Part shown: positions 1 through 9,718 of the stretch, one piece after another | Numbering within the stretch: position 1 is the first letter of the stretch | Layout: each line of letters starts with the position of its first letter | From: Nemertoderma westbladi | Taxonomy: Eukaryota; Animalia; Xenacoelomorpha | DNA: 32,581 nucleotides | Assembly (NCBI GenBank): GCA_032718475.1 | Contig: JAUCBJ010002053.1 | Location: forward strand, 1-32,581 | Reading direction: 5' to 3' | Translations under genes and position numbers: made by a program | The notes under the pieces: model-generated | The model's input: only the letters and a program-made list of their open reading frames with translations | Database searches by the model: none | Told to the model about the DNA's origin: nothing

Positions 1-107
1 ATTTGTATCAGATCCTATCCACCCACACCCCCAGTATACCAAACCAATATCAGTTTGAGGAGTTATAGAGAACCGATCCCTTACATATACCAATACCAGC
101 ACTGCCC

Positions 108-304
108 TGTTAGCCCGCAAGTATTCTTATCCCGCGAGTATTCTTAGCCCGTGGGTATTCTTAGCCCGCGAAGAAAACAATAACGTTTATTGTTTTGGTT
201 CCCCCAATACGCCTCTGAAACCGGCTCCTTTACTAACCTGATCCCATACTAACTCGCGGGCGAAGAATACTCGCGGGCCAAGAATACTCCCAACCAACCG
301 GATA
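108..304 (-). mobile_element. Small foldback-like element with GAGTATTCTT(A/C/G)GCCCGC arms
   Basis: Three to four tandem units at 108-170 and two inverted units at 253-290. CACTGCCC at 100-107 and 305-312 may be a TSD. Confidence 0.65.
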
Positions 305-1097
305 CACTGCCCGTATACCAAAGATTCCCGTTTGGGATTGGATTACCATGATAATTATGTATAATTTGTTCACACCGATTTAACTATGAGATTATCTGAG
401 GAATTTCACTGCACGGCTGTTGTAATAAACTATCTGCACACCTTATGGTAGGTATCCTACACATTGTACTCAATCTTAGCTTAGTGTGGGATTATTGACG
501 AAATGGGTCGAAGGAGATGGACGTGCCTCACTGACTCCGTACATTGTTAAAGGAAAACGAGCCCATTTGTCACTGAAAGGTTCAGGAATGTCTTAATGTA
601 TGTTGGGTAATTGACAAACTAAAGGGGCTGCTCCATTATGAAACATTCCCAGTTACTATAATGCTGACGTTTAAGGCACAGTTGGATACGCTCTGTGAAT
701 GAAGAGGGGAAGCAACATGTACGATAAAGCAAAACGAACATGTATAAAGCTATAATTTGACATTCTGCAACCGGGACACGAGAGTCGAGTGAAATATCAA
801 CATTAATGTGTGAAGTTATATTATTGTATAAAATTTATAGGAATAATATTTGTTGAATTGTGGTATTGTGAGACACATTAATTAAATTTTTCCATGATAT
901 ATTTCGTTCAAGGTTATTGACTGGCCATCATGTCTGTTGAAGACAGGACTTTCCCTAATTACAGTAGCACAAGGTCATGATAACAGATTCGCAGCATAGT
1001 AATAGGAAATAATATCATGAATATATTATTATTACTAAACCCTTTATAGTAAGTAACAAACAATCCACCAACGGTACTGTACTGTTACTGTACTAAC

Positions 1098-1288
1098 CCA
1101 ATATAGGACATCAGTCCACCCTTCCATAGTGATGCATTGGAAGACTGTGAGACAGGCATGTCCTATGTCATCGAATGTTGATATCCCTAGATTGGGACCA
1201 ATGTAAGGTTTCCTACAAGTATAGTCAGTTGGACACTGTCTCCCGGTGCCACATATATAAGTCGATGAACTCTCTATCAGCTCATGAA
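1098..1288 (-). CDS. Cav2: Cav2 coding exon 6 (191 nt), domain I extracellular loop and P-loop ...[34 protein letters not shown]
   Basis: ttttgcag acceptor, GTTAGT donor; [13 protein letters not shown] pore motif with the filter Glu. Confidence 0.96.
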
Positions 1289-1344
1289 CTGCAAAATACA
1301 TAAAATATCACATTATAATATGAAAGTGAAAGTATATAAATTTT

Positions 1345-1780
1345 TCAGTTTATAAACAAGTGGTCATTTCATAAACAACTTTTAATTTCATATACAACTG
1401 TTCAGTCCATACACCACTGTTCAGTTCATACACAAATGTTCAGTTCATACACAACTGTTCAGTTCATAAACAACTGTTCATTTCATACACAACTGGTTCA
1501 GTTCATACACAACTGTTCAGTTCATACACAATGTTCAGTTCATACACAACTATTCAGTTCGCACACACAACTGTTCAGTTCATACACTACTACTACTAGG
1601 TCGAGCAAACTCGGACACACTATTCAGTTAATACACAACTGTTCAGTTCGCAGTTCGCACACACAACCGCTCAGTTCATACACTACTACTACTAGGTCGA
1701 GCAAACTCGGACACATTATTCAGTTAATACACAACTGTTAAGTTCCTAGTTCGCACACAAAATAGTTCAGTTCAACACAC
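1345..1780. repeat. 19-bp minisatellite (CAGTTCATACACAACTGTT) with a 96-bp higher-order duplication
   Basis: Period 19 (1441, 1460...). A block containing ACTACTACTACTAGGTCGAGCAAACTCGG is repeated at 1586 and 1682. Confidence 0.92.
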
Positions 1781-2148
1781 CCGTTTAATATTAAAGTGAT
1801 ACAAACTGTTCAGTGATTATTACAACACATCATAATCACCAAACAATTCAGATTTAACAATCACATCACATTCAAATGAAACACAACTGTTAGGTTCTTG
1901 TTTGGAACAATGCCAACGACACATTGGAGGTAATTACGCACAAAGTCTTATGACTTACTTCCATAGTGCGGATCCACACTGCTCGATTTGGTAACTGTGA
2001 TGTAATCATTTTAACTTACCGTCACGCTAACTGGGATTATAGTTTGGTATTCTATTTATTGGGTTAGAGTCCAAACCCCTTGTTAAAAGTGTTACATAAC
2101 CCCAACTCTAAGTCATGATGTGCCAAGCCAAATATAGCAGCGACGACA

Positions 2149-2430
2149 CTACTACTACTAGGATCGGCATGCTGCATTGCAGCTGCATTTTTAAGAATGC
2201 TGTGCCGGCTTGTCAACAAAATTGCACCGCCACAACTCCATGCGAGGACCCAGCAGATGAGCTGCAACAGCCAATGGTGGGTCATGTGCGCCAGAGTATA
2301 TATGGGTGATGGGCCTCATATCTGACTCTATTGCGACACCCACCCTGTGGAATGGCAAACCAGGGTGTGGTATTTTCCCCGAGAGCTGACTCGGCAAAAA
2401 AGCACCCCCCAACCCCCGCTACATTGCACC
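2149..2430 (-). mobile_element. 282-bp non-autonomous retroposon with RTE-derived 3' end and (TAG)n tail
   Basis: 2149-2239 is near-identical to the last ~90 nt of the RTE at 29508-29600. 2240-2430 does not match the RTE ORF seen here. Perfect 12-bp flanking duplication GCAGCGACGACA at 2137-2148 and 2431-2442. Confidence 0.88.
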
Positions 2431-2704
2431 GCAGCGACGACAAGAGAGTGGTACAGTAGGACGCAAAAAAAGTTGGACACAAAATAGAGCCTAACACACT
2501 AAAATTAATTAAATATGAATATTAAGTACATTCATAAATCCCTAAATATTGGATTCATTTACGAATAAGAAATAAACTACTAATCTTTAAATATGGGCCG
2601 TGCCGTGTAAAAGGTGGGCAGGGGTAAAAACTGATTACCTAAATAAAAACGGAAGCGGTTTACTTTATATCGAATCCTTCTTCTGGTAGGCCTACTTTAT
2701 GTTT

Positions 2705-2817
2705 GGCCTATTCCGTCCGGAGAAACCGGCTTGGCCTGCCGATATTAGGCCTATTCCGTCCGGAGAAACCGGCTTGGCCTACCGATATTAGGCCTATTCC
2801 GTCCGGAGAAACCGGCT
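2705..2817. repeat. 43-bp tandem repeat, 2.6 copies
   Basis: GGCCTATTCCGTCCGGAGAAACCGGCTTGGCCT(G/A)CCGATATTA at 2705, 2748 and 2791. Confidence 0.95.
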
Positions 2818-3652
2818 ACAACCCGGATATATTATGACGTTATATCGCAGGACGGCTGCCATTTACTGTATATCAAGCGGCAGTTCATTTGATACATGTG
2901 TTCGTCCACGACACCCTTGGATGCGTCCATCCAACTTTTCAGCGGTCCCGGTTTGCCGGTATTAACAAAACGTAATATAATACACGCTCACGTCATTTTG
3001 TATTGGATACATTTGTTTCGGATTCAAAGCAATAATTTCTTAATCCGAATCCAAACCTCATCCTCATTGCGTTGAGATCCACGTGCTTAAATGCAGAATG
3101 GTTCGAGTTGTTACTCCTTTACCGTGCCGTGTAGATAGAAAAGTTCCTAATCAAGGTAGCGTATAACAATAATAACATGCTGTGGTGGTGGTCAGCAGGT
3201 CAGAATTGTATAAACCTTGCATAAACTGACGAGAATAGGGTCGTAATCGTAAACAGCACCGGTAGAAAGTAGGCCTACTGTATTACGGTACTTATTCTAT
3301 AAAAAAAAAATAATAAATAATCACTGGAGGTACAGTAGAAATTATGTTTCAATAACTTTATACTAATGAGTTTATTTACCTTTATCGCTGTGTAAGCTCC
3401 CATACATATGGATGGAAATGGCCAGTGACGGATCGGCCAAGTCAACCACACCCCCAACACAGCCCCCATTGAGCATTCAGTATGCTCATTACAAGCTGTT
3501 TTAAAGATTAACCGTAGGCCTACAGAGCAATACGGAAGCAAAAAAATGTAAAATAAAGCTATTGAAATTATTTTTAGTCTTGATTTTAAAGGATAAAACT
3601 ATTTTGTTAGAAATAAATGTCACATAGGATGATTTTTGTAACTGAAACTGAC

Positions 3653-3805
3653 CTGTCGTGTTTGAGTAACACGTCCAATGAAACACGTCCATGAAGACTT
3701 CGAGGCCAATGATTGCGAAGATAACTATAGCGAATAGAAGGAGGAGGGCTATCTGAAGGAGAGGGGCCATGGCGCGAAGGATTGATTTCAATACAACTTG
3801 TAAAC
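3653..3805 (-). CDS. Cav2: Cav2 coding exon 5 (153 nt), S4-S5 linker and S5: [51 protein letters not shown]
   Basis: aatttag acceptor, GTCAGT donor; typical Cav IS5 sequence. Confidence 0.96.
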
Positions 3806-4097
3806 CTAAATTATAAACACAAAATATTAGATAATTGGGATGTGGGAGGTGACGCTATGGTGAACTATCCTATATTTTTTTTAAGTTAAAAAGTGAAGTG
3901 AAAAAGTAAATAAATTTTTTTGTTTCTCAGAATTATATTCACAATAAATTTATATAAGATTAAAAACTTTCAAAATAATTGCACCAAACACTATCTCACC
4001 AGCAGCTGACGTAACCTAGGTGATAATCAATAGTAAATAAAGAAATACTCTTGTAGTACTGGTACAGCAAGTAAGTAATAAAGTAAATAAATAAAAG

Positions 4098-4453
4098 TAC
4101 ACAATATGTGTGTATGTTGTGTATAAATATACACAATATGTGTGTATGTTGTGTATAAATATACACAATATGTGTGTATGTTGTGTATAAATATACACAA
4201 TATGTGTGTATGTTGTGTATAAATATACACAATATGTGTGTATGTTGTGTATAAATATACACAATATGTGTGTATGTTGTGTATAAATATACACAATATG
4301 TGTGTATGTTGTGTATAAATATATACAATATGTGTGTATGTTGTGTATAAATATACACAATATGTGTGTGTTGTGTATAAATATACACAATATGTGTGTA
4401 TGTTGTGTATAAATATACACAATATGTGTGTATGTTGTGTATATACACAACAT
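4098..4453. repeat. 32-bp minisatellite, about 11 copies
   Basis: Unit ACACAATATGTGTGTATGTTGTGTATAAATAT at 4099, 4131, 4163 and onward; explains the repetitive ORFs at 3996-4453. Confidence 0.97.
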
Positions 4454-4714
4454 TTTAGTTATTCGTAAATTGCAATTTGTAATCTAAATTGCTAAATTGA
4501 TACAAAGATTTCGTCGAAGATTATACGAAATTATATATGCAATCTCAGTTTATATTTTTTACATCCATGGTTTGGAAAAATAATTAACTGGCAGTTCTAC
4601 CATGCAGTTTAAGTATGCAGAGCACTCGAGAGCAGTATCACTAGTGGATATGCAGATTCATAGACTGAGAATAGATTTAAAGTTACTTAGAAAGTGTTGT
4701 CCATTCTTCAATGG

Positions 4715-4743
4715 GATTGGCCATATTGGTGTTTCCTAGCAAC
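4715..4743 (+). promoter_or_regulatory. Putative CFAP107 promoter: two inverted CCAAT boxes and an RFX X-box
   Basis: gATTGGccatATTGG immediately followed by GTTTCCTAGCAAC (4731-4743; reverse complement GTTGCTAGGAAAC), about 490 nt upstream of a ciliary-gene ATG. Confidence 0.6.
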
Positions 4744-5230
4744 GGGGTTGTTCCTCCAGTAACGCTATCAACACCAGCGGATAGCTGGATAGTGTTTATT
4801 TGGATGACAGGTAACATTACCGGTAACTACATACTGACATACTTGTGCCTATGTAAATTATCCGATCAGCACCACAAATGTTAGGCAAGAATGTATAGAA
4901 TTACAATAGCAGGCGAAAATGAAATAGTCGCTTACGCTGCTCTGTGCCTATACCATCGTATTTCATGAATTAACGCCCTTTAAACATTAGGCTAATCATT
5001 ACTGCATTACCGGTACTGCATTATACCAGTCAGTAATTGCAAATTGCAAGTCATCATCAAAATTTAGTTGTCTTTTACAGGCATAAAAATAACATTATAT
5101 AAATAGGAGTAGGCCTCACTAACTGACTAACTTACGAAGAATTTAAGAATCGTTGTGAACTGTAGGCCTACATAGATTGCAGCAACTTTTTGATTACCTA
5201 ATTTGAATTTTTCGTCTATCTTTTTTCGAG

Positions 5231-5926
5231 ATGACAACCGGGTCTACGGTTGGCTGGAAGTTGGGTCCAAAATACCAAAGGGGAGTCCTCGTGGGCAACT
5301 GGTACGAGGATCGGTTAGAGTTCCCGCGGAACCGGTTCACCTCCGACTCGGTTTATCGGAACGACTTCCGACGATACGACGGATTCCGTCCAGACGTTTT
5401 GACGCGCCGATCCGCTGCGGTCCGAACCAACGGACTCGGAAACGAGCAACTCATCCTGCATCACGGGAACCGCGACCACCGGGAGCACATGGTGACCTGG
5501 TACGACGAGGACTACAACTACCGACCGCGAACAGGGAGGAACAAACTGCCGCCGGTTCGCGATTGGAACTTCTCGCACATTGCGTGGCTCCCGGAGAAAC
5601 GGGACCACCCGATACTCGGCCCGCCGCCCACTAACTGGGGGTTCTACGAGGAAAAGAAGAAGAAATGGGCGGCGGCACAGGCTGAGTCGGCTGCTGCTTC
5701 GGAGGACCCGCTCAACATTTATCTAACGACCTACAAAACTTCGTACAATAAGCGACCCGTATTGGATTCTGAGACACCGAACTCGACTACCGGGATACCC
5801 CGACCAATCAGCACCAACCTACATAAAGCCAACAACGTGAACAAAGACTTGGAATTACGCAACCAACGGAATAAGGTGGAAGGACCGGAAGTCTCAGCCC
5901 ACTTTCTACCGGAAGTCAGTTCATGA
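5231..5926 (+). CDS. CFAP107: Cilia- and flagella-associated protein 107 (C1orf158) homolog, 231 aa, uninterrupted ORF nested antisense in Cav2 intron 4
   Basis: Recognised motifs W..(..)KY...VLVGNW.E.R, S.YR..F, RPD, LILHH, LPP.R.WN...(A/L)WLPEK.D.P.L.PPTN.G.YE and T.Y..SY, as in C1orf158. GC-rich relative to flanks. Confidence 0.88.
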   Translation: MTTGSTVGWKLGPKYQRGVLVGNWYEDRLEFPRNRFTSDSVYRNDFRRYDGFRPDVLTRRSAAVRTNGLGNEQLILHHGNRDHREHMVTWYDEDYNYRPRTGRNKLPPVRDWNFSHIAWLPEKRDHPILGPPPTNWGFYEEKKKKWAAAQAESAAASEDPLNIYLTTYKTSYNKRPVLDSETPNSTTGIPRPISTNLHKANNVNKDLELRNQRNKVEGPEVSAHFLPEVSS

Positions 5927-6549
5927 ATGACTCATCATGCATGTTATACATAACTGTTCACAGACCGATTGTAAATAATTTAGATAATGCAGAGGCCATT
6001 GCTGTTTTCCACAATTTTTATAATATAACTTATTTAATTTATAGTTAATAATTACCCTATTGTTATCATTATAAAGACGATTGCTTGTTTTACTAAAGTG
6101 TTACACAAAACTAACCCTCCCCCCACCAAAAACAAAATCGCTAATAATCATTCATTCTTAAACATTTTGCCAAGGTAGACCCCCTAGAACCAACTCTGTG
6201 CGCGGTCGCCCTGTTTTTTTCATTTTTCCTCAACGCAATTTCTCAATTCTTTGCCATTTCCATATCATTGCATTTTTAATTACATAAAAAAGTAATGTTC
6301 GAATTAAATTTCAAATTAATTTCCATGACGTTAATAATAATAATATTGCATTTAAATAGATAGCGCTGATGGTATCCACCGGCGCTATTTAATATTCTAG
6401 AATATCATAATATCATATAGGGCCTATATTACCTATTTTGCTATTTCGCATTTATATAAGGGTATTTCACTATGGAAGAAGCTTCGACTTATCGATGGAC
6501 GATATTTATGCTGAAATAACCCCAGATAAAAGTGAGAAGATTTACAACA

Positions 6550-6682
6550 AATAAAACGATATAAGTGGTGGCAAAAAGTAACATTTGTTGTCTTGCTTTC
6601 TTATTTATCTCGCTAGGCTCGCCAAATAATAACGCTGGACAAAAAAAATCTACTTTTTTTGCCACCACTTAAATAGTTATTG
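6550..6682. mobile_element. Short inverted-repeat element
   Basis: TAAGTGGTGGCAAAAA (6562-6577) with its reverse complement at 6656-6671; imperfect extension on both sides. Confidence 0.55.
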
Positions 6683-6715
6683 TACAGAGAACCATCAGCC
6701 TCCAACAAGGGTCGA

Positions 6716-6915
6716 GGGATTATCCTGTTTGGGGGCCTCCAAAACCAGGCAAGGTTAGTAAAGGAGCAGGTTACAGAGGCGAGTTGAAAGGAACCAAAAC
6801 AATAAACGTGAGGAATGTTTTAGAATAGAAAACCAAATTTAATTGAGAATCAACAGTCAGATGTATAGTCCTACCGGAACTCTGAATAGACTGGAGGCCC
6901 CCAAACAGGAGCCCC
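6716..6915 (+). mobile_element. 200-bp MITE between the two nested genes
   Basis: Perfect 19-bp inverted repeat TCCTGTTTGGGGGCCTCCA (6723-6741 / 6892-6910), GGG...CCC ends, GGTCGA on both sides. Confidence 0.75.
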
Positions 6916-7342
6916 GGTCGAATTTAAAAAATATTCACGACTATACATAGATGGGTGGACTATTTCTAATGAAATCACACTACTCACACACACATAATCG
7001 AATGACATTGGTAGTAATTGGTGGAAATCGAAATACTTATCTCGGGAATGGCTAGTCGGTACCGTACGCAAAGTAAAGTGCAAAAATACCAGAATACCAC
7101 TGAATTAGTTATAATGTGTGCAAAATCGTCTTATGAATTCTCAATGCTTTGGACTTTATTTTTGGTTTATTGTTTGGTACCGGTTTGCTGAGCGTGCTGC
7201 AAAATTCCAAATATTATTATAAGGGTTATATAAAGTTCTGCCAGGCGAATAGGCGATCCTATGTTAGTCAGTAGCGATACCGGTACAAGTATTTGCAATT
7301 TGGGTCAAATTTCATTCCTAACGGTATCATACCATTGCGAAC

Positions 7343-8116
7343 ATGAAGTGCCTACAATTGGTAAATAATTTTATCACGACTTCTACTAAATTTAAACCGA
7401 CTTGTGGCTCGTTACGTTGGTTATCGTCCAGTCGCACCAGGCGTACAACAGACGATACATTCAAGACTCCAAAATTAACGGTCTACGAACTGCGAACCTA
7501 CGACTGCCATCCGCACAGGTTTGCGGAGTTTCTCTCTACGACGGAAGAGCAGATCTCCGCTCGGTTGGCCTACTCCAAACTTGTTGGATACTGGCGAACC
7601 GATGTGGGTGGGTTGAACGAAGTGGTGCATTTGTGGGAGTACGATAGTTACTCCCAACGAGCTGCGGTACGGGCCTCGTTGAATTCCGATAAACCGTTCG
7701 GTGCATACCTCCGCGCTGTACAACCAATGTGGTCCCGACAGACTAACTCAGCTCTGCGTCTCTTCCCGTGGGCCCCCGTCACCGCACCGGTCTCCCCGGG
7801 CGGGGTCTACGAACTACGAGCTCTCTCTATGGTCTCTGGAGGTTTGGCTGTCTGGGAGGATCCCCTACAGTCCAACGTGCTGGAGGTTTCGCGTGGCGGA
7901 TTCGCTCATCTGGTTGGCGCGTGGCACACCGAGGTTGGCTTTACGAACACGGTTTACGTGATGTGGCACTACCAGAGTATGGATCACCGCTATGCGCAGC
8001 GGAAGCGACTACAGTTAGACAACATCAACGTGGGAGAGGCCGCCATGTTACGCAGTTTTGTTAATGAAACTCAGTCGAAAGTTTTAGTTCCTTTAAGTTT
8101 CTCTCCATTGCATTAG
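7343..8116 (+). CDS. NIPSNAP3: NIPSNAP3-like mitochondrial protein, 257 aa, uninterrupted ORF nested antisense in Cav2 intron 4
   Basis: Two NIPSNAP repeats (YELRTY...LVGYW...GGLNEVVHLWEYDS...R; GVYEL...GG...W...LVG.WHTE.G..N.V.V.W) and C-terminal LVPLSFSPL. The first ~36 aa lack acidic residues and contain RWLSS, like a mitochondrial presequence. Confidence 0.92.
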   Translation: MKCLQLVNNFITTSTKFKPTCGSLRWLSSSRTRRTTDDTFKTPKLTVYELRTYDCHPHRFAEFLSTTEEQISARLAYSKLVGYWRTDVGGLNEVVHLWEYDSYSQRAAVRASLNSDKPFGAYLRAVQPMWSRQTNSALRLFPWAPVTAPVSPGGVYELRALSMVSGGLAVWEDPLQSNVLEVSRGGFAHLVGAWHTEVGFTNTVYVMWHYQSMDHRYAQRKRLQLDNINVGEAAMLRSFVNETQSKVLVPLSFSPLH

Positions 8117-9623
8117 GTAGTACTTGAAGGTACATTCAATTCACAATTAATCTTCAATCATTAGTATAATTTTAACAAATCGTCATTCCTGCATTAACAC
8201 TGCTGCATACATAGGGCAGTATGCTGTGTTATACTAATATTGTGCATTAGCATTGTGATATTAAGTCCAACAATCGTGGTTCCCGATTAGGAGGGTCTGG
8301 GCCAATGGCCACATCATTTTTCTAAATAGGTCTCAGAAATATTTAGTAGCACAAATTAAAGTCATGTTATTATGGCCCTACTAATAGTAATATTATTGAA
8401 GACGGGGGGGGGGGGGGGGGGGGGAGTCTTGTCGCAAATCCCATCTCGGTGAATTAAAATTGCGTCTCAATGTTTAAATATCAGCACGTTACAGTTTTAT
8501 TTTTGAGAACAATCAGCTGTTATTTGCGTCTATTTGGATTAATTTTGACTGCGTCCTGCGTCGAAGCCCCCCCCCCCTAATTTGTATTAGTGTGTTTTTA
8601 AAATCAACCAGTATTTCACTCGTGACCTACCAAGATACCGTCCTCGATATACGTTTTATATCCAGTAAACTCTTTTGGCTAGAAACGTTAAAAAATATCT
8701 AAAATATCAAAATATTATTACAATTTCAAATTCCATTAATTAATCCCGCCGTCCGTAAATAGCCGTGTTTACCAGTGGTTAGAAGAGAAGAACAGTTTAA
8801 ATTGTTGTGTGTATAAAGTATTATTTTGGGTAAAGCGCGGATCCGGGTGGTGTGGTACAGGTACATGAACGAACGTAGTGAGTGGGTGCAAATAAAGATA
8901 CGAGGATCTGAACACTAAAGTAATTTGTCGGCCTATGAATGAAGTTTTATTTCTAAATTTCAAATGATGGCTGATGAAAAACTTCATAGCAAACTTTATA
9001 AGTGTAAATGTGTTATGGTATGGAATTTCTCAAATTTTGTAATAAGAATCAATAGAACATCAAAGTAGAAAAAGTGTTGATCTAATGTTAAAAGATTTCA
9101 TTCACGTAGTCCGACGTCCTAGTAAATTCTAGCGTTGCTTCTAAATTCTAGTGCAGTTGCCTCTATACTCACTGGTACACAGTCTGCTAGTTGGTGTTAG
9201 CTAGGGTTTATAATTTTAATTATATAAGGCCTTGTATTATGTAAATTGAGGTTGCTACGGCAACCGAGGAGGATTTCAAGTTTCAGTTTCATTGTAAATT
9301 TACTCGTTTCAGCTGTAAAGTTTACTTTACTTCGCTGAGCTAAGTCAGCTGTAATGTGATATGTCCTCCGCTAAATATATAATAAAGTCCTACATTACAA
9401 CATGATGTTAATTCTATCTGCGTTAAGTAATGTTGGTATTGTGGATTAAAATATTTAATATCATTTGAAAGTGTAGCAGTGTAACTTAATTAGCTTTTAA
9501 TATATAATTCAATTAAATTCCGTCACCGGCTTTCAAAGCATTGTAATCGCCATAAAAATATTTATGTACATAATAAAGCTCGTGACTTAAGATTTAACCA
9601 AATTACTAATAAAACAGACTTAC

Positions 9624-9718
9624 TGGGAACTCCAGAAACGAGTTTTAGTGGGCGGAGTACTCTCGCTGCACGTAAGGATTGTGTGAAACCCATATCGCTC
9701 ATCGTCTGAGACATTATG
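9624..9718 (-). CDS. Cav2: Cav2 coding exon 4 (95 nt), S3-S4 linker and voltage sensor S4: IMSQTMSDMGFTQSLRAARVLRPLKLVSGVP
   Basis: Translated by hand. ttttccag acceptor, GTAAGT donor. R/K-x-x periodicity; phase 2 in, phase 1 out. Confidence 0.95.

Noticed and set aside
1-1097. Next Cav2 exon (IS6, ...GSFF.LNLVLGVLSG)
   Set aside because: Not found by eye on the minus strand; presumably lies beyond the window edge.
2240-2430. tRNA-derived SINE head
   Set aside because: No recognisable A box, B box (GTTCRANNC) or cloverleaf in the element orientation.
2705-2817. 43-bp palindromic repeat as a CRISPR array (also considered for the 32- and 40-bp repeats)
   Set aside because: Units are head-to-tail with no unique spacers, there are no cas genes, and the context is a eukaryotic intron.
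3275-3541. 88-aa minus-strand ORF as an alternative Cav2 exon
   Set aside because: No channel similarity, and the available donor gives phase 0, incompatible with exon 6.
3996-4453. Three 131-150 aa ORFs, and the 101-aa ORF at 1436-1741
   Set aside because: These are translations of minisatellites, with periodic low-complexity peptides.
5203-8064. Alternative-frame and antisense ORFs overlapping CFAP107 and NIPSNAP3
   Set aside because: Expected shadows of GC-rich coding sequence; no recognisable motifs.
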